DNA from: Minisyncoccota bacterium
Lineage (GTDB): Bacteria > Patescibacteriota > Microgenomatia > UBA1400 > UBA12028
DNA length: 64,000 nucleotides
Reading direction: 5' to 3'
Assembly: GCA_016211945.1 (NCBI GenBank)
Contig: JACRHV010000004.1
Location: 263,472-327,471, forward strand
Shown here: one piece after another, positions 17,702-26,145 of the stretch
How the letters are laid out: every line of letters starts with the position of its first letter
How positions within the stretch are numbered: the first letter of the stretch is position 1
Notes under the pieces: model-generated
What the model was told of the DNA's origin: nothing
The model's input: the letters and a program-made list of their open reading frames with translations, nothing else
Databases searched by the model: none
Made by a program: the position numbers and the translations under genes

Positions 17702-18616
17702 CTATACCTTCATTTTTGCCGAATACACCAAGAAATCTTCTCCTCCTAAGTCGTATTTATACCGCTCATTCCCTTGTAAAAAGTTATACTCGCGAAATTC
17801 ATGTTCTATTGCATATTTAATACCTGAAGCCTTTGTGTAAAATCCCACATTTGGATATTTTGCAACATTAACTCCGGAATTGTAGAGGAGAACCGCATCG
17901 CCCACCTCAAAAGATAATGTTGCCGACACATGTTTTCCATCAATCACACAGAATAATAGTTGAACTTCTTTTGAAAAAACGTGTGCGAGTTTGGTAAAAA
18001 ACTTTCGCATGTCTTCGGTGAGAAACATGCGCTTCTTCTCATCCCCTTGCATGAGATGTAAAAACTCTGCTATATCATGCTCCGGCTTCTCGCTTCTTTC
18101 CAGATGGATTCCTGGATATTTTTCTTCGATATTACGCATCTTTCTTCGCAACTCGTGTCTTTTGTGTTTGTCCAGCGATTCGACGTATGCATCCCAACTT
18201 GTTGGTAATTGTACGATTGGTGTCGTGTCCTCTCGAACCATATCCTTCTGAAAAAAGTGGAAGGTTGGGGATGATGCTGGAACATTTCTTAACTCGATCC
18301 TATACCCATGCTGTGAACAAAACGTAAGAATTTCTTCCCACGCCTCATGCTTTTTTGCTGGATCGCCAATGATATCCATATAATCCGAAATCTCAACTCC
18401 GCCGGAAAACATCACGCTGTAACCTTTTTTCACAAATGGGGCAATAATGTTGCCATCAATATTCAAATACAACGGCTCATACTCTGCACCAAAGACCTCA
18501 AACCACGTGGTGTGCCAAACATGTGTACTGAACGGGGACCATAGATCATTTTTTGCAGAACACACCTCCCAAATTTCTTTTGTTTTTGTATCAGAGAGCG
18601 AACAGACAGAAATCAT
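17702..18616 (-). CDS. FemAB/CelD-like GNAT-fold acyltransferase
   Basis: About 300 aa with the alternating pattern typical of FemAB-like (Acetyltransf_6) proteins (…FLQGNERYKYDLGGEDFLVYSAKM). The start is uncertain (TTG at 18646 or ATG at 18616). Confidence 0.45.
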   Translation of the reverse strand: MISVCSLSDTKTKEIWEVCSAKNDLWSPFSTHVWHTTWFEVFGAEYEPLYLNIDGNIIAPFVKKGYSVMFSGGVEISDYMDIIGDPAKKHEAWEEILTFCSQHGYRIELRNVPASSPTFHFFQKDMVREDTTPIVQLPTSWDAYVESLDKHKRHELRRKMRNIEEKYPGIHLERSEKPEHDIAEFLHLMQGDEKKRMFLTEDMRKFFTKLAHVFSKEVQLLFCVIDGKHVSATLSFEVGDAVLLYNSGVNVAKYPNVGFYTKASGIKYAIEHEFREYNFLQGNERYKYDLGGEDFLVYSAKMKV

Positions 18617-18632
18617 GGTATAAGTATACTCG

Positions 18633-18971
18633 ATGACACCGCACAAAATTCACGTGTTATTTGTCTGTTCCAAAAATCAATGGAGAAGTCCAACGGCTGA
18701 ACGTATTTTTTCTCACCATCCAAAGCTACTCGTACGATCGGCCGGAACGCGTGCTTCTGCGAAGCACCAAGTTTCGCTCAAAGATATTGAGTGGGCAGAC
18801 ATTATTTTTTGTATGGAGAATACGCAGAAAGATATGATCAAACAACGCTTTTCAAACATAAAACTCTCACCCCTGCATGTTCTCGATATCGAGGACCATT
18901 ACCATTTTATGGATCCGGAACTTGTCCATCTTCTCCAAATTTCCCTAGAAAAATTTCTTCCTTCTTTATAG
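18633..18971 (+). CDS. low-molecular-weight phosphatase family protein (LMW-PTP/ArsC-like)
   Basis: N-terminal VLFVCSKNQWRSPTAE contains the C-X5-R-S P-loop of LMW phosphotyrosine phosphatases/arsenate reductases. At 112 aa it is shorter than canonical LMW-PTPs. Confidence 0.55.
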   Translation: MTPHKIHVLFVCSKNQWRSPTAERIFSHHPKLLVRSAGTRASAKHQVSLKDIEWADIIFCMENTQKDMIKQRFSNIKLSPLHVLDIEDHYHFMDPELVHLLQISLEKFLPSL

Positions 18972-19038
18972 CTCCTTGCTATTTTCAAGAGATTCATATA
19001 TATCTATGATAGATATTTGTCTATTGTAGGTAGTTTTT

Positions 19039-19722
19039 ATGATCGTCATACGAAAATTACTTGAGTTTTTTGCCACACTTCTCATACTGTGTTGCAGATT
19101 TGTCGGTTACGTATACACACAGGGGTGGTCATTTTTCCACGTGTCTTGGTACGATCATCGGTTTGATTTTTTGAGAGGACCGAGTAATTGGTACTGGACA
19201 GAACGGGGTGTGCTTGGAAATTATCATATCCCTTTTGATGGCGAGGTTCTCGATCTTTGTTGTGGTGATGGAACATTTTCTGGGTTGTTCTACAGTACAC
19301 GGGCAAAGCATGTTGATGCTCTCGACATTGATCCCGAGGCAATACAGACCGCAAAGTCCGTGTATGCAAAACCAAACGTTTCATACCAAGTTCAAGATGT
19401 TTTGCGCGGATCGTACCCCAAGAAATTCTACGACACCATTCTCCTCTTTGTTGCAATTGAACACTTCTCTGTTGAGCATGGGAGAGACTTGCTGAAAAAG
19501 ATAGGGGCTCATTTGCAAAATGATCAAAGCACATTTATTGGTTCAACTGTTCTTTTTGAAAAAAGAGGCGGACATAATTTTGAACACGACAACGAGTTTT
19601 TGTCTGAGAAACAAGTGAAAGATTTTCTTACACCATACTTCAAAGAAGTGAGGTTGTGGATTTCTTCATGGCCAAAAGGAAGACAGGAATGTTATTTTGT
19701 GTGTAGGGGAGCGAAAAAATAG
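19039..19722 (+). CDS. class I SAM-dependent methyltransferase
   Basis: Motif I-like VLDLCCGDGTFSG and an acidic motif II (HVDALDIDPEAI). Confidence 0.6.
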   Translation: MIVIRKLLEFFATLLILCCRFVGYVYTQGWSFFHVSWYDHRFDFLRGPSNWYWTERGVLGNYHIPFDGEVLDLCCGDGTFSGLFYSTRAKHVDALDIDPEAIQTAKSVYAKPNVSYQVQDVLRGSYPKKFYDTILLFVAIEHFSVEHGRDLLKKIGAHLQNDQSTFIGSTVLFEKRGGHNFEHDNEFLSEKQVKDFLTPYFKEVRLWISSWPKGRQECYFVCRGAKK

Positions 19723-19772
19723 TATCTTGGATCCAACTGATATGGATCTAAAAACCCGAGTATACTTTCCTT

Positions 19773-20798
19773 ATGGATAAAAATGAGATCGACAAAATGA
19801 ATCCTGGCGCTCCAGGAATACAAAAACTTCTGGCAATACTAAACAAAGAAATAGCGCTACCAAAGGGTAGAATTCTTACATTCCATGCAGGTGAAAATAT
19901 GGACGATCTTTCTGTTTACAATCCATCCCCCATTGAGGTTGATGGAGAAACATTTCTATTGGCTCGTGTCGAAAAGAAAAGCTCTGAAAATGGATCCATC
20001 GTTTTGCTTTTTGCGAAAAATGAATACGATGAGTGGTACGTTGTTGAAGATGTACCGGCTCTACATAACATACAAGATCCCTTTTACTGCGGAGTCATTG
20101 ATGGCCTTCATGTTATTGGTTGGGTACAAACACACGAAGAGGTTGGATTCTCTCATTTAGCCTACAGAACTGTTTTTTACCGATTCGAAAATTCTATTTC
20201 TGAACTCAATGATGAGGCTTCTCATTCAATACCTCCTTTTGTAGTCGGTCCGGAGAATATGAAAGGTATTAGGCTCATTCAAAGAGCAAATGGTCGAATT
20301 GGAGTATTCACTAGACCCCAAGGAACATTTGGTGGACGAGGAAAAGTTGGTTATTTTGAGATTGAGAATCTTGACCAATTAGAAAAAAGTCTCGTAGAGT
20401 ATGTCAAGATTGCAGATCCTCATACCCTCATCGCTAATCTATTTATGGAGCGGCCTAAAGGCGAAGATGAGTGGGGTGGCGTCAACGAACTACGAAATAG
20501 GCCTGATGGGAGAATTAATGTTTTGGGACATATCGCCGATTTTGAACCTTATGGTATTAAAAAAAGCTACTATCCCATCACATTTATTTTTGATCCGGAA
20601 ACTGGATCGATATGTGATTTAAAAATAATTACCACCGCAGGACAGTTTCCTCTGGTTGAAACAAAAAAACCTGACTTGGGAGAAGTTTTATATAGCGGTG
20701 GGTTGGTATATTTGGGTAATGGTAAGGTTCGCCTCTATGTAGGAATTGGAGACATAGAAACAGGTTCTATAGACATAGAAGATCCCTTTTTGAAATAA
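19773..20798 (+). CDS. hypothetical protein, predicted beta-propeller (DUF1861/GH43-GH130-like fold)
   Basis: 341 aa with repeated blade-like segments (YNPSPIEVDGETFLLARV, DPFYCGVIDGLHVIGWV, GRIGVFTRPQG, GRINVLGHIADF). Assignment by resemblance only. Confidence 0.3.
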   Translation: MDKNEIDKMNPGAPGIQKLLAILNKEIALPKGRILTFHAGENMDDLSVYNPSPIEVDGETFLLARVEKKSSENGSIVLLFAKNEYDEWYVVEDVPALHNIQDPFYCGVIDGLHVIGWVQTHEEVGFSHLAYRTVFYRFENSISELNDEASHSIPPFVVGPENMKGIRLIQRANGRIGVFTRPQGTFGGRGKVGYFEIENLDQLEKSLVEYVKIADPHTLIANLFMERPKGEDEWGGVNELRNRPDGRINVLGHIADFEPYGIKKSYYPITFIFDPETGSICDLKIITTAGQFPLVETKKPDLGEVLYSGGLVYLGNGKVRLYVGIGDIETGSIDIEDPFLK

Positions 20799-20904
20799 AG
20801 AGAAACATCTTCTTCTGTAGCGGATTGCATCAATCGTCTCATAATGAGATAATTGAACATATAAATGAGATGAAAGGAGGCCTTCCAAAGGTTGTAGATA
20901 TTTG

Positions 20905-21075
20905 AGCGTGTGGCCCAACATCTGTTGGGATACGAGGAATGGGTCTTTTACTCTGTAAAAGAAATCGGGCTTTTCTTTAATGAAAAGTATCTGCGGACAC
21001 CCATCGGTTGCTACAGTCGTAAGTTTTGTTTTAAATCTTTTCCGTAAGGAAAAGGACAGAGAACAGAAACACGTA
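20905..21075 (+). ncRNA. Putative glmS ribozyme (GlcN6P-responsive) in the glmS 5' UTR
   Basis: Begins AGCGUG. Conserved core ...GGGAUACGAGGAAUGGGUC (ACGAGGA as in UUGACGAGGA). GCGGACACCCAUCGG corresponds to GGCGGAUGCCUCCCGG, with AUGGGU/ACCCAU replacing GGAGG/CCUCC as a compensatory pair. ACAGUCGUAAG matches ACAGCCGUAAG. It lies 70 nt upstream of the glmS start. Confidence 0.6.
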
Positions 21076-21143
21076 GCCAAACCTTTATTCTTCATTTTTT
21101 TTCTTTTCTTTAACAGTGTTGAGCATTTTCACAAGGAGGTACT

Positions 21144-22910
21144 ATGTGTGGAGTTTTTGGATACATTGGTCATCGATCTAACGCAGCGTTATTGGTGTTT
21201 GAAGGATTAAAACGGTTGGAGTATCGCGGATATGATAGCTGGGGAGTTGTGGTTGTTGGTCGTGGAAAAATTTACGTGAAAAAGAAAACGGGGAAAATAG
21301 GTGGGGCAACAGTTGATGAGCTTCCACCTGGATCATTGGCAATCGGGCACACTCGATGGGCGACGCACGGCGGTGTGACGGAAAAAAACGCGCACCCACA
21401 CCTTGACTGTACACACACCATCGCAGTGATTCATAACGGCATTGTGGAAAATTACGAAAGCATACAAGCAGAATTGGTACACGCCGGACATCGTTTTGTG
21501 TCAGAAACTGATACCGAAATTATTGCTCATTTGTTGGAGTTTTATGCGCATAACATGTCATTTATTGAAGCGTTTGTGAAAACATTTCAGCGATTGGAGG
21601 GGCTCAATGCTATTGTAGCGATACATCATAAAGAAAGAGTTCTCGTCGCTGCAAAAAAGGGTTCTCCTCTTGTCATTGGTTTTGGAAAAAAAGAAAACTT
21701 TATTGCAAGTGATCCTTCCGCGCTTTTACCACATACAAAGGAAGTGTACTTTCTTGAGGATGGGCAGATGGCAGTTCTCCGTGATGCATCTGTTTCAGTG
21801 ATGGAGAGTGCGTCACAAAAGGTTGTGAAGTTTTCTACGCAAATTTTGGACTGGGATGTTTCTCAAACTCATAAAGGTGAGTTCCACCATTTCATGCTGA
21901 AAGAAATATATGAACAACCTCAAGTTGTTTTGGGTATTGCAGGAAGTGGAGGTGAGGAGGTTAAAAGGATTGTATCTTTGATACGGAAAACAAAAGATCT
22001 GTATTTTGTTGGATGCGGCTCAGCGTCTTACGCATGTTTAGCCGGAGCGTATCTTTTTTCAAAAATTGCTCAGAGGCGGGCGCATGCGATTGCTGGGAGT
22101 GAGTTTTTGTATCACCTGGATTTTATCAATACAAAAAGTGTTGTGGTGGCTTTATCCCAATCTGGAGAAACCATTGACACCTTAGAGTCTGTGTCTTATG
22201 CAAAAAGAAAGGGCGCGAAGATTGTGGCTTTGGTTAATGTCCTCGGATCCTCTCTGTATCGAGTAGCAGACGCGAAGATTTTGATAGGCGCTGGACCAGA
22301 AAAAGCGGTTGCATCAACAAAAGCTTTTATTGGCAAAATCGCGCATCTTATTTTGTTGGCGTACGCATTGGATAAACGAGTGAAGGAGGGGCAGGAATTG
22401 TTGCGTAAGTCCGCGGAGGTTATACGAGAGGTGTTGGCGGAAAAAAACAGCGATCGAATAAAGAAATTGGCGCATCGTATTTGCGGAGTGAACCACATTT
22501 TTATTCTTGGCAGAGGTCTTTCATATTCTGCAAGTTTAGAGTGTGCGATGAAGATCAAGGAAATCAGTTATATTCATGCCGAGGGTTTGGCGGCTGGAGA
22601 GCTGAAGCACGGCACCCTCGCCTTGGTTGAAAAGGGGACTCCGTGTATTGTCCTTCTCCCCAACGATGAGACGTATGCCGCAACATTGGCGGGAGCTATG
22701 GAGATCAAAGCGCGAGGCGGATATATCATTGGAATTTCACCAAAAAAAGAAGGTGTTTTTGATGAGTATTTGCCTATTGCCGATGTTGGAGATGCCAGCA
22801 TGATCCCCATGGTTGTTACCGGTCAACTCCTCGCATATTATTTGGCACTGGAACGAGGTCTTGACCCGGATATGCCGAGGAATTTGGCAAAGAGTGTGAC
22901 GGTGAGGTAG
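21144..22910 (+). CDS. glmS: glutamine--fructose-6-phosphate aminotransferase
   Basis: N-terminal MCGVFGYIG (Ntn Cys2), two SIS domains, 588 aa; preceded by AAGGAGGTACT. Confidence 0.9.
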   Translation: MCGVFGYIGHRSNAALLVFEGLKRLEYRGYDSWGVVVVGRGKIYVKKKTGKIGGATVDELPPGSLAIGHTRWATHGGVTEKNAHPHLDCTHTIAVIHNGIVENYESIQAELVHAGHRFVSETDTEIIAHLLEFYAHNMSFIEAFVKTFQRLEGLNAIVAIHHKERVLVAAKKGSPLVIGFGKKENFIASDPSALLPHTKEVYFLEDGQMAVLRDASVSVMESASQKVVKFSTQILDWDVSQTHKGEFHHFMLKEIYEQPQVVLGIAGSGGEEVKRIVSLIRKTKDLYFVGCGSASYACLAGAYLFSKIAQRRAHAIAGSEFLYHLDFINTKSVVVALSQSGETIDTLESVSYAKRKGAKIVALVNVLGSSLYRVADAKILIGAGPEKAVASTKAFIGKIAHLILLAYALDKRVKEGQELLRKSAEVIREVLAEKNSDRIKKLAHRICGVNHIFILGRGLSYSASLECAMKIKEISYIHAEGLAAGELKHGTLALVEKGTPCIVLLPNDETYAATLAGAMEIKARGGYIIGISPKKEGVFDEYLPIADVGDASMIPMVVTGQLLAYYLALERGLDPDMPRNLAKSVTVR

Positions 22911-22925
22911 AAAGAGTTAAAAATT

Positions 22926-23243
22926 TTAACCAATTATAATCATCTTTTCATCAACTGCTTTGTCCAATACATCTCGACCGAATTTTCGGGCAATGAGCAT
23001 TGCATCCCCAGTGAGTACTCTATTTGCTTGGGGGCTTTTTATAACAACACCTTGTTTTGCCTGTTCAAACGCCTCCGAAAAAAGCCTCCAACGATCATTA
23101 AAATTTTCCTTATTGATGGGTAGCACTGGCTCAATTACTCGAGTATCTATTGAATGTCTTATTCTAAGAGTTCCATTTCCAACTTGACCTAGCCCGACTC
23201 CATCAAGTTCGTGGCGTGTACCATCTGCTTCATTAGTTGACAT
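22926..23243 (-). CDS. hypothetical protein (about 105 aa)
   Basis: Track ORF 22926..23276. The internal ATG (MSTNEADG...) is preceded by AAGGAG and preferred. Convergent with glmS. Confidence 0.3.
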   Translation of the reverse strand: MSTNEADGTRHELDGVGLGQVGNGTLRIRHSIDTRVIEPVLPINKENFNDRWRLFSEAFEQAKQGVVIKSPQANRVLTGDAMLIARKFGRDVLDKAVDEKMIIIG

Positions 23244-23320
23244 AGTAAACTCCTTACTTTTTTTAGATGAAGACATTGTATCACCTAAGTGGAATTAAGT
23301 GTGATAAAAAGCGCTTTTTG

Positions 23321-23394
23321 TGACCCCATCCGGATTTGAACCGGAGATCTTCAGGATGAGAACCTGACGTCCTAGGCCGCTAGACGATGGGGCC
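23321..23394 (-). tRNA. tRNA-Glu (anticodon CUC)
   Basis: Hand-folded cloverleaf of 74 nt. Acceptor GGCCCCA/UGGGGUC, D-stem GUCU/GGAC, anticodon stem UCAGG/CCUGA with loop UUCUCAU, T-arm UCCGG-UUCAAAU-CCGGA, discriminator A. CCA not encoded. Confidence 0.85.
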
Positions 23395-23473
23395 AATACC
23401 AAACTTCTCTGGAATTATACACGAAATCTAGTTACTTTCCATCGCTCCACATCAGGAAAATCGCAGTTTGTTT

Positions 23474-23509
23474 TTTGTAAGCTAATTGTAAGATTCGGCT
23501 GATACAGTG
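23474..23509 (+). promoter_or_regulatory. Conserved 36-nt element, copy 1 (TTTGTAAGCTAATTGTAAGATTCG + GCTGATACAGTG)
   Basis: 24/24 nt identical and 8/12 of the next 12 identical to the sequence at 56166-56201. Contains the tandem heptamer TTGTAAG-N4-TTGTAAG and a TAAGAT -10-like hexamer. Ends 6 nt before the ATG at 23515. Lies about 80 nt from the 5' end of the divergent tRNA-Glu. Confidence 0.5.
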
Positions 23510-23514
23510 CTTCT

Positions 23515-24594
23515 ATGAAACTCCTCATTCTTCTTGTATTCTTTTTTGTTTTTCCATCCATAACGCACGCATACTTCACAACATTCGAAACACTACTCAA
23601 CAATACGGTCTCTGTTCTCGACTGGATCCCGCCACAAACATTTCTCTACATTCAATCTCCCACAAACGAACAAAAACACATTGAGGAGCTCATCATAAAC
23701 AACACATTTGATGCTGATCTCACTGGCTGGGAAACGAGTGGACATATTTTTATTCCGGAAAAGGGAGTTGTCCAGCTTGGATCAAAAGATGACACAACCG
23801 AAGGTGTACACACTTTACGTCAAACGATTCCATCTACAGCACAAGCACTCACGTTTTCATATCGCATAGGAACGCAGGAAACACTTGAGGGATTTGATGA
23901 TCCTGCATTTGTTGTAACACTAAACACTACACCAGTGTTTTCTGCATCATGGAAAGATGCATCTGAGAACTGGAGAACCGCCTCTATTAATCTTTCAGAA
24001 TTTTCTGATCCTATACTAATACTCCAATTTTCTGTTCAAAATACCGGAGATGCGCTTAACCCCACTTGGGTTCAACTAAAAAATATCACCACAAACATTG
24101 GACTCGTCAATACGACACAAAAACTTTCTTTTTCAACTTCTGATGCGCATCCAACACAGACCTATACACAAGAATCGTCAGACGCACTTCCACAACTTTA
24201 CCGCAATCCCTTTTCGTTCACACAAACTTTAGAGAAAAATATGCTGCATTTTTGGAGCATTGATCAAGAAAATAATAATGAAATACCACAAGAAAAATCC
24301 ATTTTCTTCAATCAGACCCCACCTCCTCCTTTCACCATCCTCTCTCTTGATCACCAACCGCACGATGAATATGTTTTCACAATAGCAAATGAACAAGGCA
24401 GACCAGGGAATCAAACCGCGTACACACTTCACCTGCCAAATCAAAACATTCATCCGTTTGCCCTGGATTATCCCGACGATCACACCGAGCGATTATTCTT
24501 TCGCTTCCCTCCAAATCACATCCCCACCCAAGCCTCACTTGAATACCGTGATTCATTTGGGAACACAGCACAAAAGGAAAACATTCTCTTATGA
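23515..24594 (+). CDS. secreted protein with an N-terminal CBM-like (jelly-roll) segment
   Basis: Signal peptide MKLLILLVFFFVFPSITHA. NNTFDADLTGWETSGHIF...VQLG resembles the start of CBM4/9/22-type carbohydrate-binding modules. N/T/Q-rich thereafter. The stop overlaps the next ATG (ATGA). Confidence 0.45.
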   Translation: MKLLILLVFFFVFPSITHAYFTTFETLLNNTVSVLDWIPPQTFLYIQSPTNEQKHIEELIINNTFDADLTGWETSGHIFIPEKGVVQLGSKDDTTEGVHTLRQTIPSTAQALTFSYRIGTQETLEGFDDPAFVVTLNTTPVFSASWKDASENWRTASINLSEFSDPILILQFSVQNTGDALNPTWVQLKNITTNIGLVNTTQKLSFSTSDAHPTQTYTQESSDALPQLYRNPFSFTQTLEKNMLHFWSIDQENNNEIPQEKSIFFNQTPPPPFTILSLDHQPHDEYVFTIANEQGRPGNQTAYTLHLPNQNIHPFALDYPDDHTERLFFRFPPNHIPTQASLEYRDSFGNTAQKENILL

Positions 24595-25241
24595 ATGAAA
24601 ACTCATCCCAAACCATCCGACTTAAACACGGTGAAACAAAAGATGTCGCGATTCGCATACATAACACTTTTCAACGAAAAGCAAACGCCGCGGTAGAACT
24701 CGTTTCATACAAAGAATCAACACCTTTTTTATCAAAAAATATTACAATTTCTATTCGCCAGTCGCCGGAATCAGAAGCTCTTATATATGGGCCTGCAACA
24801 TTCGCTGAGTTTGCAAGTCAGGGATATACAGTGTTGGAAACATTGGAACCAGGAGAAATTCGGCAATACATTCTACAAACTTCTCTTAACGCAAACACTC
24901 CAAACACTTTTCAAGATCATTCGCTCACTTACGACTTCCGTTTGGGGACAGAGGAACTTTTACCACCACCATCTCCAACATCTCAAATCGCATTTATTTC
25001 TCCTCCATTTTCATCTCCCATACTTTCGGCAACGGCAAAAATAATACGCCAATCTCCTTCTCCCTCACCAAATCCTGCTTTTTCCCTTCAGGTCCTCGGC
25101 GCCACATCACAATCTACAAGTCTCCGAGCGTCTCCTTATCAAAAACCGTCGTCGTTCCTTTTTATTTTCATTCTTTTTGTTGCTTCGCTTCTTTTCCTTC
25201 TCGTTCTGCGTGACTATGTCCGTCACCGTAAACAGCCGTGA
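24591..25241 (+). CDS. cell-surface protein: no signal peptide, S/P-rich linker, C-terminal TM plus basic tail
   Basis: Ends ...PSSFLFIFILFVASLLFLLVLRDYVRHRKQP (TM + RHRK). The N-terminal 120 aa show a beta-rich pattern with loose resemblance to TasA/camelysin-type domains (QDHSLTYDFRLG). Translationally coupled to the upstream secreted protein. Confidence 0.4.
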   Translation: MNENSSQTIRLKHGETKDVAIRIHNTFQRKANAAVELVSYKESTPFLSKNITISIRQSPESEALIYGPATFAEFASQGYTVLETLEPGEIRQYILQTSLNANTPNTFQDHSLTYDFRLGTEELLPPPSPTSQIAFISPPFSSPILSATAKIIRQSPSPSPNPAFSLQVLGATSQSTSLRASPYQKPSSFLFIFILFVASLLFLLVLRDYVRHRKQP

Positions 25242-25293
25242 TACGCTACAGTAAACCACTTGAGAATCTTTTTGGATCCGCTATCATGAATAC

Positions 25294-26145
25294 ATGATCT
25301 CTGTGCTTGCCCATCTTTTCACACCACAGCACTCCAATCATCAGCGACCCCGAATTCTTCATCCGGAGGGATTTGTCGTTCTCATCGCCATTGCACTCAG
25401 TGCGCAAGTTTTTATTACCAGACTCGTTCCAGTTACTCCTTTTGAAAAAATATTAGGATATTCATCAAGCATTACTGCTTCACAAGTCCTCGAAGAAACA
25501 AACAATAAACGAAAAAACGAAGGACTTCCACCTCTCACATTGAATGAGAAACTCTCAAACGCTGCAGTGGCAAAAGCAACGTACATGTTTGACCACCAAT
25601 ATTGGTCGCACACAGCACCGGATGGCACAACGCCATGGAACTTCATTCAAAAATCTGGGTATTTATACAATATCGCCGGTGAAAATCTTGCACGAGATTT
25701 CGGAGACACTACAAGCATGATTTCAGCATGGATGAACTCTCCAACGCACAGAGCAAACATTCTTCAAAAAAAATACAGTGATATCGGCATCGCCGTTCTT
25801 GACGGAAAACTCCAAGGAATAGAGACAACACTCGTTGTTCAAATGTTTGGCTCACCATCCATCGTTCAAGCAAAAACGAGTGATGAGGGGGCAACACACA
25901 CATTCAGCAATGCGTCTGTTCTCGCGGACGTGAGTACATCACTTCCTATGTATTCCCCGCATGATTTAACACGGGCAGTATCGTTCGCCATCGTTCTGCT
26001 CCTCGTGTACATTCTTGCGTATGATATGGTTGTTGCGCGTCGAAAAAATGTAGTTCGTGTTGTTGGAAAAAACCTCGCACATATTCTTCTTTTTAGCGTG
26101 ATCTTCGGCATTCTTCTCATATCACAGGGGGGGTCGTTGTTATGA
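25294..26145 (+). CDS. CAP/SCP-like extracellular domain protein (YkwD-like) with a C-terminal membrane anchor
   Basis: NKRKNEGLPPLTLNEKLSNAAVAKATYMFDHQYWSHTAPDG...ISAWMNSPTHRANILQKKYSDIGIAV matches a CAP domain. N-terminal TM and a C-terminal hydrophobic segment. Confidence 0.6.
   Translation: MISVLAHLFTPQHSNHQRPRILHPEGFVVLIAIALSAQVFITRLVPVTPFEKILGYSSSITASQVLEETNNKRKNEGLPPLTLNEKLSNAAVAKATYMFDHQYWSHTAPDGTTPWNFIQKSGYLYNIAGENLARDFGDTTSMISAWMNSPTHRANILQKKYSDIGIAVLDGKLQGIETTLVVQMFGSPSIVQAKTSDEGATHTFSNASVLADVSTSLPMYSPHDLTRAVSFAIVLLLVYILAYDMVVARRKNVVRVVGKNLAHILLFSVIFGILLISQGGSLL

Noticed and set aside
20688-21095. 135-aa minus-strand ORF
   Set aside because: It overlaps the end of the DUF1861-like gene and the glmS ribozyme region. 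No SD. Likely spurious.
22915-22930. AT-only palindrome GTTAAAAATTTTAAC between the convergent glmS and the 105-aa gene
   Set aside because: It could be a bidirectional terminator, but the stem is all A:T and has no GC clamp. Too weak to call.
24585-24600. Frameshift joining the secreted protein (23515-24594) and the anchored protein (24591-25241) into one gene
   Set aside because: The downstream frame has an in-frame TGA at 24549-24551 just upstream of its ATG, and the junction is a clean ATGA overlap. They are treated as two coupled genes, but a sequencing error cannot be excluded from sequence alone.
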